Shown here piece by piece: positions 1 to 11,536 of a stretch of DNA of 64,000 bases. This DNA is from Macrostomum hystrix (taxonomy: Eukaryota; Animalia; Platyhelminthes). Under the pieces are notes generated by a model. It saw only the letters and a list, made by a program, of their open reading frames with translations, had not been told where the DNA came from and ran no database searches. The stretch covers positions 868,001 through 932,000 of the forward strand of contig CATNEN010000014.1 of the NCBI GenBank assembly GCA_950097015.1. The letters run 5' to 3'. Numbering within the stretch: the first letter of the stretch is position 1; each line of letters starts with the position of its first letter. The translations under genes were made by a program, and so were the position numbers.

Positions 1-189
1 CTCGAGACTTTGGATCTTGTTAGTTACGAAATAGATGAAAGAGTTGTAGAAAAAAGAATCGATATTGCACGAAATTCACTTGGCACCGCCGAAGCTATTG
101 CGCAGCGCTTCCAAATCATGTGTACAGCTGTTCAGTCCGTGGACTGAGTGCTTCCACTCCTACCGAAATTTCCACGCCAGCAGATGCTG

Positions 190-300
190 CTAGTCAATTT
201 ACAGCTGGGTGAAATGACGCAATGAGGGAATTGATTTAAGCGTCTGGCTCAGAGACACAGGTTATTTTCTTCGGGCTGCGATTCGAACTCCCGAACTACT
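190..300 (-). mobile_element. CORE-like SINE fragment (also at ~13971-14081)
   Basis: Minus strand reads B-box GTTCGAATC followed by ..ctgagccagacgcttaa..cattgcgtcatttcacccagctgtaaa, resembling the SINE at 47480-47645. Confidence 0.55.
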
Positions 301-354
301 CACACGGAGTTGCCTTTCAATGTGCAGCAGTCACTTTTTGTAGGCACTCGTTTT

Positions 355-752
355 TTAAAACACACACGACACGCAAAACTCCTAAAATAGCTCGTAGGAA
401 GAATTGGCAGAGCACAAAATGAACAATTGCAAGAGGGCTGCGGGCAATGGCACATCATTTGGCGACACCAGACCTGCAGCCAGCGAGGAGACAATTCGGC
501 CCATTTCGCTGACTCCTGAGCACACCTACTCACACAGGTGTGTACATCTGCAATCAATTTCTCATCATCAGGCAGTGTACACTGTCACTGTGCCTTGGAG
601 GTTGGCCCCCAAAGGCGCAAATTGCACTACAAGCCCCAAGCCTAATCTCCGCGGCTGCGGCCCAAATGAATGAGGCCTCACCATGGAATCGAGCTCAGGG
701 AGCTTGGTGCGAGAGGCAAGCGCTTTAGACCGCTCTGCCACTCACTCACCCC
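355..752 (-). mobile_element. tRNA-derived SINE in ADAM intron (duplicate at ~14136-14533)
   Basis: A-box TGGCAGAGCGG and B-box GAGCTCGATTCC on the minus strand. The body matches the plus-strand element at 32022-32370. TG-rich tail. Confidence 0.75.
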
Positions 753-894
753 GCAAGTGGGATTCTACAACGTAATTAATAGGTGAAAGTAATTCTAACC
801 TGAGTTGTTCGGCAGCCAAGTGAAAAGTGAAGAATCCCAAGATTGGGTCAGATTCAAGAAGTCAAATCCCAGTTGACTGAGTACCCTGACCTAC

Positions 895-3800
895 TCATCC
901 CCTAGAACGCCACGACAACCGGCCTCGCCGCCGCAGTCGCAGTCCTCGCCGTCTTCCAGAAGGCCGTTGCCGCAGACCGCTGTTGGCCAATCCCAGGCTA
1001 CTGGCAGGCGAAGCCCGCCCGGATAGTCAGCCTCTGGTCTCGGCCACAGCAGGCAGTGACGGACGCCGGAATCCAGGAAGTTCTTCAGGGCTTTCTTTGA
1101 GCATTCCGACCAGCCGATGTTGTGCCACTTGGTGCGATTCAGCGTTTTGGTGTCCATCATGCAGGCCTCATTGGAGTCGTGACACCAGCAGTGGTGGTCT
1201 TGGTATTTGTTATCGTAGTCGACGCCAAGGTTGTATGCCAGGTTCCGTGTCATTATCACCCCGGTGGTGTCGAAGTCGCTGGACGAATGAGACTGGCGTG
1301 GGCAGTCGGAGATATTCGTAATATATTCAATAATTTTATGTGAACCCAGTTTTGGGAGACTGAAAAACCAAGATTAGGGAGGCTGGGGAACCAGGATTTA
1401 GGAGCCTGCGGAATAGAGATTAGAGAGACTGGGAACAGAGATTAGGGAGACTCAGGAACAGAGATTAGGAAGACTGGGAACAGAGATTAGGGAGACTGGG
1501 AACAGAGATTAGGGAGACTGGGAACAGAGATTATGGAGGCTAGGAACAGAGATTAGGGAGACTGGGAACAGAGATTAGGGAGGCTGGGAACAGAGATTAG
1601 GGAGACTGGGAACAGAGAGAAGGGAAACTGCGGAACAGAGATTAGGGAGACTGCGGAACCCAGTATAGGGAGGCTGGTGGGATAGATTTTGGGGAGGCTG
1701 TGGGATAAAGAATTGGGAGACTGGAGATCCAGCGAGGAATTGAAAGAGAGGGTACTGGTCTCCTAATGCATTCTAATATAGGGATCAGTGTCCTCTGCTC
1801 GAAGCCAGTTTGCTAGTTACTTACGACGCTAAAACCAAAGCAATCTTGAATGTTGCACATGCTTTTATTATAGGCTGCGCCTGTCATGTCGTCGAAATTT
1901 CTGGCTCTGAAGTTTGAGTTGATGAAGGTTTTTCTATAATTTCTGGCTCTGAAGTTTGAGTTGATGAAGGTTTTTCTATAATTTCTGGCTCTGAAGTTTG
2001 AGTTGATGAAGCTTTTTCTATAATTTCTGGCTCTGAAGTTTGAGTTGATGAAGGTTTTTCTATAATTTTGGCTATGCACTCGTAATTTTTTTCCGACAGA
2101 AGTGTTTAGTAGATGGGAGTCTACTCGAGATGAATGAGAGTCTGGTAGGTTAAAGTATTGTCGATAAGACAGTCTGGTAGACTGGAGTGTTTTGGATCAG
2201 AGAGTCTGGTATAGATTAAAGCATTGTCATAAGATTGTAAGTCTTTTGTAGAAGGCAATGTGCTATCGGCTGTAGTCTTGCACATAGACAGTGAGCACTC
2301 AAGGCTATCCAATCAGCTCACGTAAGCAGGTGCACACAGTCGTAGTTGTAAGCATTGAAATGCGATATTGTCTTCGATAAATAACGCTTCCATAATCTCA
2401 GCAAGAAATCCTGATCTCGAGTTTTGAGAATGGCGTCAGTATATAAGTCAAAATCTGTACTGCTCATGTGAATTTCCAGCGCGCTGACTACTACGTAGAT
2501 GTCGAAGCGGCGAAATAACTGCAGAAATAGCGAAAATATGTCTCTTATACTGCTCTGAGTACAGTGCAAAAAACAAACTGCAGCTTTATATATCCATAAT
2601 ATTTTATGTATCACCTGTTAGACATGGGTATCACCTGTTAGACATGGGTATCACCTGTTAGACATGGGTATCGCCTGTTAGACATGGGTATCACCTGTTA
2701 GACATGGGTATCACCTGTTAGACATGGGTATCACCTGTTAGACATGGGTATCACCTGTTAGACATGGGTATCACCTGTTAGACATGGGTATCACCTGCTA
2801 GACATGGGTATCACCTGTTAGACATGGGTATCACCTGTTAGACATGGGTATCACCTGTTAGACATGGGTATCACCTGTTAGACATGGGTATCACCTGTTA
2901 GACATGGCCATCACCTGTTAGACATGGCTATCACCTGCTAGACATAGGTGTCACATGTTGGACATGGGTGTCACCTGTTAGACATGGGTATCACCTGTTA
3001 GACATGTGAATCACCTGTTAGGCACTATACTCACGTTGTTGACGATTCCAATAATGCTCTGTACCGCATGAATCACAGCCGATAAGCTCCCGGAGTGCAT
3101 ATTGTACTGCAATGAGAAGTGAGCAGCTGGACCATTACTCTAGTGGAGTTTTTTTGGACCTAAATAAGGCCACATTTTTTCACATCGGAAACGCTAATCA
3201 TTGCTAAGGCCCTCTAGTATCCATGGTTACCCCAATGGCAAACAAAATATCTCTTAATTTGCATAACATCTCGCACAGCAGTAGAATCTCGAGCAACGAG
3301 CAAGCAAAACAGTTTGTAATATTAAAAACTGTCTTGACCACGTTACTCTAGTCGATTGCCTCGCCTAATGTCTATGGTACACCCACATGACCTGGCCTAA
3401 TGTCTATGGTACACCCACATGACCTGGCCTAATGTCTATGGTACACCCACATGACCTGGCCTAATGTCTATGGTACACCCACATGACCTGGCCTAATGTC
3501 TATGGTACACCCACATGACCTGGCCTAATGTCTATGGTACACCCACATGACCAGGCCTAATGTCTATGGTGCACCTACATGACCTGGCCTAATGTCTATG
3601 CTTCTCCCTCAAGTCTTTCCAAAGCTAGTCGCTACTGTTATTATATGCTATATTAACATCAAATTATAAATGTTACACTCACAAACCAATAATCAGCGAT
3701 GATGTAGAGCTGCATAATGAATGGGCCGTCACGACTGAGCACCTTCCTGCTCAGGTCCAGCTTTATGGACCGCATATCGAACTTTTTGAACTTATTGAAC

Positions 3801-6800
3801 CGTGCTAAGCGCCGGTGCCTCTGTATTTGAGTTTTGAAGAAGCAAAGGCGAGTAGAATTAACGGAATTGATTCAGTCAGTCTGTCTGTGTTAGCTTGATC
3901 AGTCCATGGACTGGGTGCCGTCACACTCACTCAAATTTCTATCCGAGCTAATGCTGCTAATGCTGCTAATGCGGTTAGGAGTCCGAAACTCTGCGCCAAA
4001 ACCTCATGAGCATACGCTTTCAATGTTGGGTCACCAAGAAGCATAGAATTTGCAAAGCTAAGCCTCATCTATATAACTCTTGATTTTTAACTGGCTAACA
4101 TGATCAAGCTGAACAGCAACTTGACACTTGAATGGCACCAGTCATAAATACTTTTGCTATTCTGCCCCATTCTATCTGTTGGTCAGCTTTATCAACAATG
4201 GGAACAGCCATCCATCTGACATTATCCTTAATCCTTGAGATATAGAATAGTGACTCATAGAATAATTAGTCACTTTCAAAATTGGGCTCTTGAACTCTAT
4301 TAATCCAAATAAATGGCTTACCTGTAATAAAACGCTGCCACCAAGCATTTTGGTCAGTTGCTGTGGACTTACTGGAAGTTATGGTGAAACCCAAATGCTT
4401 ATTCATTGAGCATCTCAATATATTTCTAAAGTGATGTGAATGAAAGCAAAAATCATACTCACGTGCAGCAATCCGCTTATTCAGCACATCATAGGCCGAT
4501 TCCAATGCTTGACGCTGCTTCCAACCGACACTTGAAGGATACAAGTTGAGCTGGTACACCTGCCAGCTTGAGTCACGCAGCCGCATGCGATGCCCGGTGG
4601 CTTGAATATAGCCCAGGTGAGTGATGTTGATTGACAGCGTGCCACTGTCAATGAGGGTTGGATTCAGCTGCCCGGGTAAATGATCTGCATGGCTGTCTGT
4701 TCTGGGCTGTCTGTTCTGGGGTGTCTGTTCTGGGGTGTCTGATCTGGGCTGTCTGTTCTGGGCTGTCTGTTCTGGGGTGTCTGTTCTGGGGTGTCTGTTC
4801 TGGGCTGTCTGTTCTGGGCTGTCTGTTCTGGGGTGTCTGTTCTGGGGTGTCTGTTCTTGGCTGTCTGTTCTGGGGTGTCTGTTCTAGCGTGTCTGTTCTG
4901 GGCTGTCTGTTCTGGGGTGTCTGTTCTGGGCTGTCGGTTCTGGGCGTCTGTTCTGGGCTGTCTGTTCTGGGCTGTCTGTTCTAGGCTGTCTGTTCTGGGG
5001 TGTCTTTTCTGACGTGTCAGTTTTGGGGTGTCTGATTTGGGTTGTGTATTTCTGGGGTGTCTGATCTGGGTGTCTTCTGAGGTGTCTGTTCTCGGGAGTC
5101 AGTTCTGTTGGCTTTCTGTTCTGGGCTGCCTGTTCTGGGCTGTCTGTTCTGGGGTGTCTGTTCTATGGTGTCTGTTTTGTGGTGTCTGTTTTGAGGTGTG
5201 TGTATTTGGGGTGTCTTTTCTGGGCTGCCTGTTCTGGGCTGTCTGTTCTGGGGTGTCTGTTCTAGGGTGTCTGTTTTGTGGTGTCTGTTTTGAGGTGTGT
5301 GTATCTGGGGTGTCTTTTCTGGGCTGCCTGTTCTGGGCTGTCTGTTCTGGGGTGTCTGTTCTAGGGTGTCTGTTTTGTGGTGTCTGTTTTGAGGTGTGTG
5401 TATTTGGGGTGTCTTTTCTGGGCTGCCTGTTCTGGGCTGTCTGTTCTGGGGTGTCTGTTCTAGGGTGTCTGTTTTGTGGTGTCTGTTTTGAGGTGTGTGT
5501 ATCTGGGGTGTCTTTTCTGGGCTGCCTGTTCTGGGCTGTCTGTTCTGGGGTGTCTGTTCTAGGGTGTCTGTTTTGTGGTGTCTGTTTTGAGGTGTGTGTA
5601 TCTGGGGTGTCTTTTCTGGGCTGTCTGTTCTGGGCGTCTGTTCTGGGCTGTCCGTTCTAGGCTGTCTTCTGGGGCGTCTGCTCTGGGGTGCCTGCTCTAA
5701 GGTGTCTGCTCTGGGATGTCTATTCTGGGCTGTCTTCTGGGTGTCTGATCTGTTCTTGGGTGTGTGTATCTAGGGTGTGTGTACCTGGGGTGTCTGATCT
5801 GTAGTGTCTGCTCTGGGGTATTTGATCTAGGGCTTCTGCTCTGGGGTATTTGATCTAGGGTGACTGCTCTGGGGTATTTGATCTCGGGTGTCTGATCTGA
5901 GGTGTCTGTTAATTCTGGTGTGTCTGATCTGCATATCTGTATGTTCTTGAGTGTCTGTTCTGGGTGTCCGTTCTCACCGCAGCAGGTCAGAGCAGAGTGA
6001 CACAAGGCCTGGCTGAGTCACATTGCCCAACTGGGCAGTCCCAGACTCAATCGGCCACGCTGAGTAGTGGCACTGAGAGCGATGTCGCGATTTGCTGGCC
6101 CGGGATCGACTCCCCACGATTCGAACTGGGAACTCTTCAGGTCTGGAAAAGTATTTAACAAAGAGCTGCTACAAAGAGGCTTGCAGCAATAGGTCGTATT
6201 CGAGCTTCATCAAAAAGTATAAAAGTGCATTTGTGCTTACCTTCCCACCGCCAGGTAGAATGAGAACCGGCGCAGCGATGGCATAGCAACAATCTCTAAG
6301 ACCAAATTTCTGCCGATTTTCTGAAGCGGTAAAATCGAACTCACAATTTTGAAAACATTGAAACAATTTCAAGCCTCCGGTGTGTACCAGCTGGCACAGC
6401 CTTCTGTCGACAGGGGCAGCCTTCCACTGACAGGGCAACCTCCCACTGACAGGGCTAACTTCCACTGACAGGGCCAACTTCCACTGACAGGGCTACCTCC
6501 CACTGACAGGGCTACCCTCCACTGACAGGGCAACCTCCCACTGACAGGGCTACCTTCCACTGACAGGGCAACCTTTCACTGACAGGGCTACCTTCCACTG
6601 ACAGGGCAACCTTCCACTGACAGGGCTACCTTCCACTCACAGGGCAACCTCCCAATGAGGCTCAACCACTCAAATCAACAAAGTTTCATATGTAGGCTTC
6701 ACCTTCTAGCCTTTTGTTGGTGCAAGATTTTAACGCAATGAGGTTAGTAACAGTATGAGTGGTGGCATTTGATGGCACAGAACATATGCATCTGTTCCAA

Positions 6801-7268
6801 TTTGCTCATCGTTAACGATTGTGCACACTCGCTTTAATTTTAGTCCAACAATACTAAATCTCTAAAATATTTTCTTACTAAAAAGGTTTAGTTCAATCAT
6901 TTTAGATTTTGCTTACCCGGCTTGGCTGAACTTCCTGACCATCGTTGGCCTGAAATGTTCTCACCTTGGCCAGCAAGGTTAATGGCCTGGTTGAGTCCGC
7001 TGAAATCGCAGTTGAGAAGGCTAGAAATTCAGTGGCAATCATTGCTTTTGTAGCTTTCCAGCTTGTATTTTGTAAAATATGCTCGCTAATTACTTTTGAA
7101 TTGTGTTGTCATTTCAAATAATGCATTTAAAACTGAGCACACTCAAAATAGTTAAAAGGATTGTGAGTACTCACCGATTGCGCAGTTGGAACACAGCAGG
7201 ATGATAAATTTAGCTATTAATGTGATACAAAGAAGGCTATGGAGTTCACTGGCATGACTTATTGGCAT
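895..7268 (-). CDS. ADAM/reprolysin-like protein, copy 1 (catalytically degenerate; 3' exons lie left of position 1)
   Basis: Phase-compatible GT-AG exons: 7268-7175 (signal peptide MPISHASELHSLLCITLIAKFIILLCSNCAI), candidate prodomain exons 7020-6917 and 4559-4463, 3820-3683 (furin-like RHRR then IMQLYIIADYWF), 3106-3035, 2518-2322 (..YDCVHLLT), 1933(or up to 2059)-1825 (GAAYNKSMC), 1292-895 (zinc-box equivalent TRNLAYNLGVDYD, CMM Met-turn, CGNGLLEDGEDCDCG disintegrin start). Prodomain splicing not fully resolved. Confidence 0.85.
1400..1660. repeat. 22-bp minisatellite GGGAGACTGGGAACAGAGATTA (also 15160-15340)
   Basis: Tandem units visible in both ADAM copies. Confidence 0.9.
1896..2063 (-). 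repeat. 4 x 42-bp tandem repeat spanning an ADAM splice acceptor
   Basis: Unit aatttctggctctgaagtttgagttgatgaaggtttttctat, coding KTFINSNFRARNYR. Single copy in paralog 2. Confidence 0.95.
2611..3020. repeat. 20-bp minisatellite TCACCTGTTAGACATGGGTA (~20 units; ~13 units at 16198-16470)
   Basis: Tandem units seen directly. Confidence 0.95.
3364..3600. repeat. 32-bp minisatellite GCCTAATGTCTATGGTACACCCACATGACCTG (also 17026-17292)
   Basis: Tandem units seen directly. Confidence 0.95.
4690..5960. repeat. Complex GT-rich minisatellite (CTGTTCTGGGCTGT/GTGT variants; also 18366-19445)
   Basis: Tandem ~14-15-bp units with higher-order repeats. Source of the spurious VLGCLFW-type ORFs. Confidence 0.9.
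6408..6655. repeat. 19-bp minisatellite CCACTGACAGGGCTACCTT (copy 1 only)
   Basis: Tandem units, absent from the paralogous region near 19890. Confidence 0.9.
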
Positions 7269-9877
7269 GTTTACACAAAAAGTTGTAGCGATTCAACCAG
7301 TGGAATAGTCAATCGTCAATGTATATAAAATTCCTGCAATTTGAAACCCGATGTATATAGTTTCAGGATTGGAAAGGCTCATAGACTAAAACAGCGGGCA
7401 CGGAAAGTCGATTTGTGCCCGCTGCCGGGGGATTTCGTCTATGTCCAAAGCAACGGAAATATTGCTGCAAAGCCAAGAAATCATTAGAGAGCTGCTATCT
7501 ATTGATGCAAGGGATGGAGGGATGAGACTCAGCGGCAGAAAGCTGCGTAAAGACAATCATTCCGAACAAGTTTTGGACAAATCGAGATGAGACATTAAGA
7601 AACTTGAGCATGTCCTTAAAGTCCGCTCGCACCGGCGGGACACAACGCCTGTGAGGTATGAGTCAGTCCAGGCCCACGGGCTAAGGTCTGCGATGCCTCA
7701 CACCTGCGCAGTCGCTTTTTGAGCAGGCTTGGCAGGAAGCATCCCTGTGCCTTCGGGTACAGGAATCCCTCCACGCTGTCCCGTCAGCTGATCCATGGGT
7801 ACACGTCCCACGAGTGTTCAATTAAAACTCGTTCGCCACAAATGGAAAACAACTTTTCTAATAGATCTTGATGTAACTCTTATTCGCCACTAATTGTTTC
7901 AAGCAGCTTTGTTACTTATAACTTATTACTTATAACTTATTACTTACTTATTACTTATAACTTGGTCTGGTCGTTCAAAAAATCAACTTCGGCTTATAAC
8001 GGGTTTATGAGCGGTTTATAAGCCCCTACGATAAGAGATTTATACGAAAGCTTTCGCCGTTTTTTAATTCTGTTAGAACACAACTGTATACATATAAAAC
8101 ATATTTTTTATCAATTTCTGTTGCAAGATAAATTTAGCCTGAGTCATTGGGGAGAAACAGCTAGAAGGTTCAGTTCAGAGCATTATCGAGTAGAGTCGCG
8201 TTGTTGTTCTTGTGTTGAGGTTATCGAGATTTTGTTAAGTGAGTTACCAGTGCGAATTGTGAATTGAATATTGAATTGAATCAAGTACAGTACCTGGCAG
8301 GGGAATTAATCGTTCATTGCTTTCTCTTGTTAACTAATTAACACTTAAATATCAGCTGTTTAGCTTGGGCTTTTGAATCGTCTTGTCTTCGTTATTTTCG
8401 AGTTACGGCAATAGAGTCTCTCGCAAAGAGTAGGACACCCGACCTCATTTAGGAATCTCAACGAGTAGTAGGAGTTAGCAGAACCCTGCCGACACTGCGG
8501 AGATAGGAGGCTATCTCGCCAGTGTATTTTGGAGTGTGGAGGGGCGCCGAAAATCTCAGAACAGAGGAGGAATGGGATAGGAGGAAAGCATTGGGGTGGG
8601 GTGGGGTGTGTCGTCCAATCCGAGACTGGAGGGTGGGGAGGCATGGGGTGGGTGGGTGCCTGTGTCACAGTGCAGGGATGAACTGATGGGATGCCGGCCT
8701 ACCTGCTATAGCAGAACCCTGCCGACACTGCGGAGATAGGAGGGCGGCCTAATGCATGTAGATAGATAGTAGAGGCCGGCCTATCTCTTTGCATTGGGGA
8801 GGGGTTAACACAGCTGGGATAGGAGGAGAGGCCGGCCTATCTCTTTGCATTTGCTAAACTTAGCACAGGCCTACACGTTTTCCCCTCCCCTGAACACTAA
8901 AGGAGAAGAGGGTTAGTTCAACTCTGACGCACTTGCACTGTGGGGGGATAGGCGGCAATGCAAAAAGGATAGGAAGGATGGCTGAGCCAATCAGGTTAGA
9001 GGGTATGCGTTCTGCCCCACCTGCACTGGAGCGCCAGCCAGGTAAGAGATTTTATTTTTTAGCGGTGATATGGCTGTGACTCGCAAGTGGGAAGGCAGAT
9101 AACAGTGGAAGATGGTCAGGCGCGCTGCAGAGAGTGGGCCGCACGCACACGGGCTATGGTTTGCTGGGGTGTGGGGGCGAAGCCCCCACATTTTTTACCA
9201 ACTGAAAAACCCATTGTTCTTTAAAACAATGTTCAATTTGTGTAAAGTTAGTATTTTTCCACAGCACTGGTGAGCTATTTTGGAGCGGTCGCAACCTTGG
9301 CAAAAGCCAAATATATTGATAAAGCCAGAGGAGAGAATTGGATAGCGCTAATGAGTACTCAGTTCAACTCTGCCACACTTAAGAAATGGCGTAAAAAATG
9401 TAGTGAGTAGTTCTTCAGTACAAGAGTGTAAAAGGCTAAGACAATGAGCATTCAGCCTTTGTAGGGGGTGTGGGGGGCAATTAATAACTCTGCCTTTGCA
9501 GCCAATCTCTTTACACTGGGTACAGCTAGAGGAGGAAGAAGATAGGAGGAAAGCATTGGGGTTGGGTGGGGTGTGGCGCCCAATCCGATACTGGAGGGTT
9601 GGGAGGCATCGGGAGGGTGTGTGCCTGTGTCACAGTGCAGGGATGAACTGATGGGATGCCGGCCTATCTGCTATAGCAGAACCCTGCCGACACTGCGGAT
9701 ATAGGAGGTTGCCCGGCAGTGTATTTTGGAGTTTGGAGGGGCGCCGACAATCTCAGAACAGAGGAGTAATGGGATAGGAGGAAAGCATTGGGGTGGGGTG
9801 GGGTGTGTCGTCTAATCCTACTTACCTACATATCTAGTTTAAGCTCCATCACAGGACAAACACCCACCCCAACTCTA

Positions 9878-9916
9878 GCCAATCAGAATCGAGCACACAT
9901 TTTGGATGGTATATAA
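9878..9916 (+). promoter_or_regulatory. CCAAT box plus TATA box upstream of the PC4-like ORF
   Basis: AGCCAATCAG at ~9878-9887 and TATATAA at 9910-9916, ~80 bp before the ATG at 9997. Confidence 0.55.
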
Positions 9917-9996
9917 CCCCTCAAAAATCGTTAGGAAAGGAGCAAGTTTTCTCAGCTCGTAATTTTTCTGATCTTAGCTTTTGACATTAGCTAGCG

Positions 9997-10736
9997 ATGG
10001 ACATCTGCGACGGTTGTAAGATTCAGATTCAAGAGTACGAAGGCTTGAAGTACATAGCGATAAGAAAGTTCTACCGCCACGGCAGCACTGCAAGTCTGAA
10101 ACCTGGCGTCCCTGGCTTCAACCTGAATGTTTGCCAATGGGAAAAGCTGAAGCAACTGAAGCGGTCGCTCGTAGTGTCTGCTCTCAAAAGCGAGTGCAAG
10201 GTGGTGAAACTAGGCTTTGATAAGTTTATCGAAGTCAGGGATGGCATCATCTGGCTCAAGCGGCTGCCTGAGGACTGCTGCGAGGAGTTCATGAAGCGTA
10301 ACGCCGTACCGCTGACCCCACCGCTGTGGAAGAAGCTGTGGCACAACGCATCATGGATATAGACGGCCAGTTGTCAGCTCCCTTCAAGGACATGCGGACG
10401 AAGTACGAGCTGGAGTCAGATGAGGAAGAGCAGGACACGAAGCCCGTCCTGGAGGCCGAGAAACCTGAAGGCAATGGTGGAGACGAAGACGAGATCGGCT
10501 CGCCTAGAATGCTGCAGATCGACAACGAGGCTGCCACATCCACGCCGCTTCCCGTGGCTAGCGCTGGGGATGGACGGATCCCGTCTCGGGACTCGGACTT
10601 GCGGGAGGACCCGGTGTGGTACCAGTTCCGGGCGGCTGCGGCTGCGGCGGCCAGCGGTAGCAGGAAGCGCAAACAGCCGTTTCCACTTCGTCGGCAGGAG
10701 GCAATGAAGCTTACCAGGCTGCACTTCGATGAGTGA
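9997..10736 (+). CDS. Intronless PC4/Sub1-like ssDNA-binding protein (two PC4-like modules plus acidic tail with RKRK); either one gene with a -1 frameshift near 10338 or two overlapping ORFs (9997-10362 and 10353-10736)
   Basis: KIQIQEYEGLKYIAIRKFY..LKPGVPGFNLNVCQWEKLK matches the PC4 pattern (V.V.efrG..y.dIR..y..G.lkPg.kGI.L...QW..L). Second module ..AVPLTPPLWKKL continues in the shifted frame as VAQRIMDIDGQL. Confidence 0.7.
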
Positions 10737-10951
10737 CTGAACAGTGTGCTCTAATGCGTCTGACTGCTTTTGTGCTCAAATCAGCTGCTCAATTTGTAAT
10801 TTTGACAGTGTTAAAAGCCAGCTACTTATTGTTTTTTCCCATTTATTCAGTGTTCACAATTGCTTCTGCATTTGTATGGTGCTGGTTGTTTTTCGACGCA
10901 GGTCGATTTTCTGTTACAGTGAATTACAAAAAACCTAAGAAAATGAATTGC

Positions 10952-11536
10952 TCATGCTAGAGAAAGCAAGCCTTCCGCTCTTTCACACTCAGCCTGCAGA
11001 TTCGGCCCATCGTCTCTTCGCAGCATTTTGCCTCGAACTTGCGGCCTCCGAATGGCTGCAGCAGCAACAGTGGCGTCTGTCACAGAAGCTGTAGGACCGA
11101 TCACATCAGCCTCAATGCTCTGCAGTGCAGACTGGATAGAGTCATGCCGCAGGCGCTTTCCTCCATGTTGCGGTGCAGCATCAGCAGCAGTGCGCTTTTT
11201 CGCCGCCGCGCCTTTGCGAGTGAGGCTGCTGGGCATCAGGAAGTCATTGTCGCTGCCAGCTTCTTCCTCATCAGGTTCTGGCCGTCTATTGATTACGTCC
11301 TCGAATACCTGGGTGAACACACCAGAACGTGCAGTTGGCCGCTCATTCTCAGCCCGCTGTTTTTGCTGGTCGCGCCGCTGTTTCTCCTGTAGCTGCTTCG
11401 CAGCCCTGATGATTTTCCAGCGCTGGGCCTCCCTTTCCTTCTCCGTCGAAGGCACAATTTTATGCTCCTTGTGTTTGGCAGGCACCTGCTTGGCCTTCAC
11501 CTGCTGGCCTTCACCTGCCGCACTGGCTGCAGGCAA
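10952..11536 (-). CDS. Hypothetical basic/acidic low-complexity protein inside the Polinton-like element (true start unresolved)
   Basis: 194-codon open frame with coiled-coil and NLS-like tracts (KKRTAA, GGKRLR). TATAAATA near 11739-11746 and a minus-strand AATAAA near 10820. No in-frame ATG at the 5' end. Confidence 0.45.
   Translation of the reverse strand: MPAASAAGEGQQVKAKQVPAKHKEHKIVPSTEKEREAQRWKIIRAAKQLQEKQRRDQQKQRAENERPTARSGVFTQVFEDVINRRPEPDEEEAGSDNDFLMPSSLTRKGAAAKKRTAADAAPQHGGKRLRHDSIQSALQSIEADVIGPTASVTDATVAAAAIRRPQVRGKMLRRDDGPNLQAECERAEGLLSLA

Larger units (their letters stand above)
1..7450. repeat. Segmental/tandem duplication, unit 1 (paralogous to 13782-~20555)
   Basis: Position 1 aligns to 13782. 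ORFs 300-557 and 14081-14338 are identical. Introns, SINEs and minisatellites are shared in the same order up to the breakpoint near 7450/20555. Confidence 0.95.

Noticed and set aside
300-728. ORFs 300-557, 404-673 and 540-728 and their duplicates
   Set aside because: They overlap a SINE within an ADAM intron.
4658-6005. Cys/Trp-rich VLGCLFW ORFs and their copies at 18356-19485
   Set aside because: Products of a GT-rich minisatellite inside an ADAM intron.
7560-7810. Short minus-strand frame MDQLTGQRGGIPVPEG.. followed by a possible donor
   Set aside because: No downstream exon or homology could be established.
8360-8668. Identical 102-aa ORF starts at 8360-8668 and 12284-12592
   Set aside because: They are readings of the terminal inverted repeat that run out into different flanking DNA.
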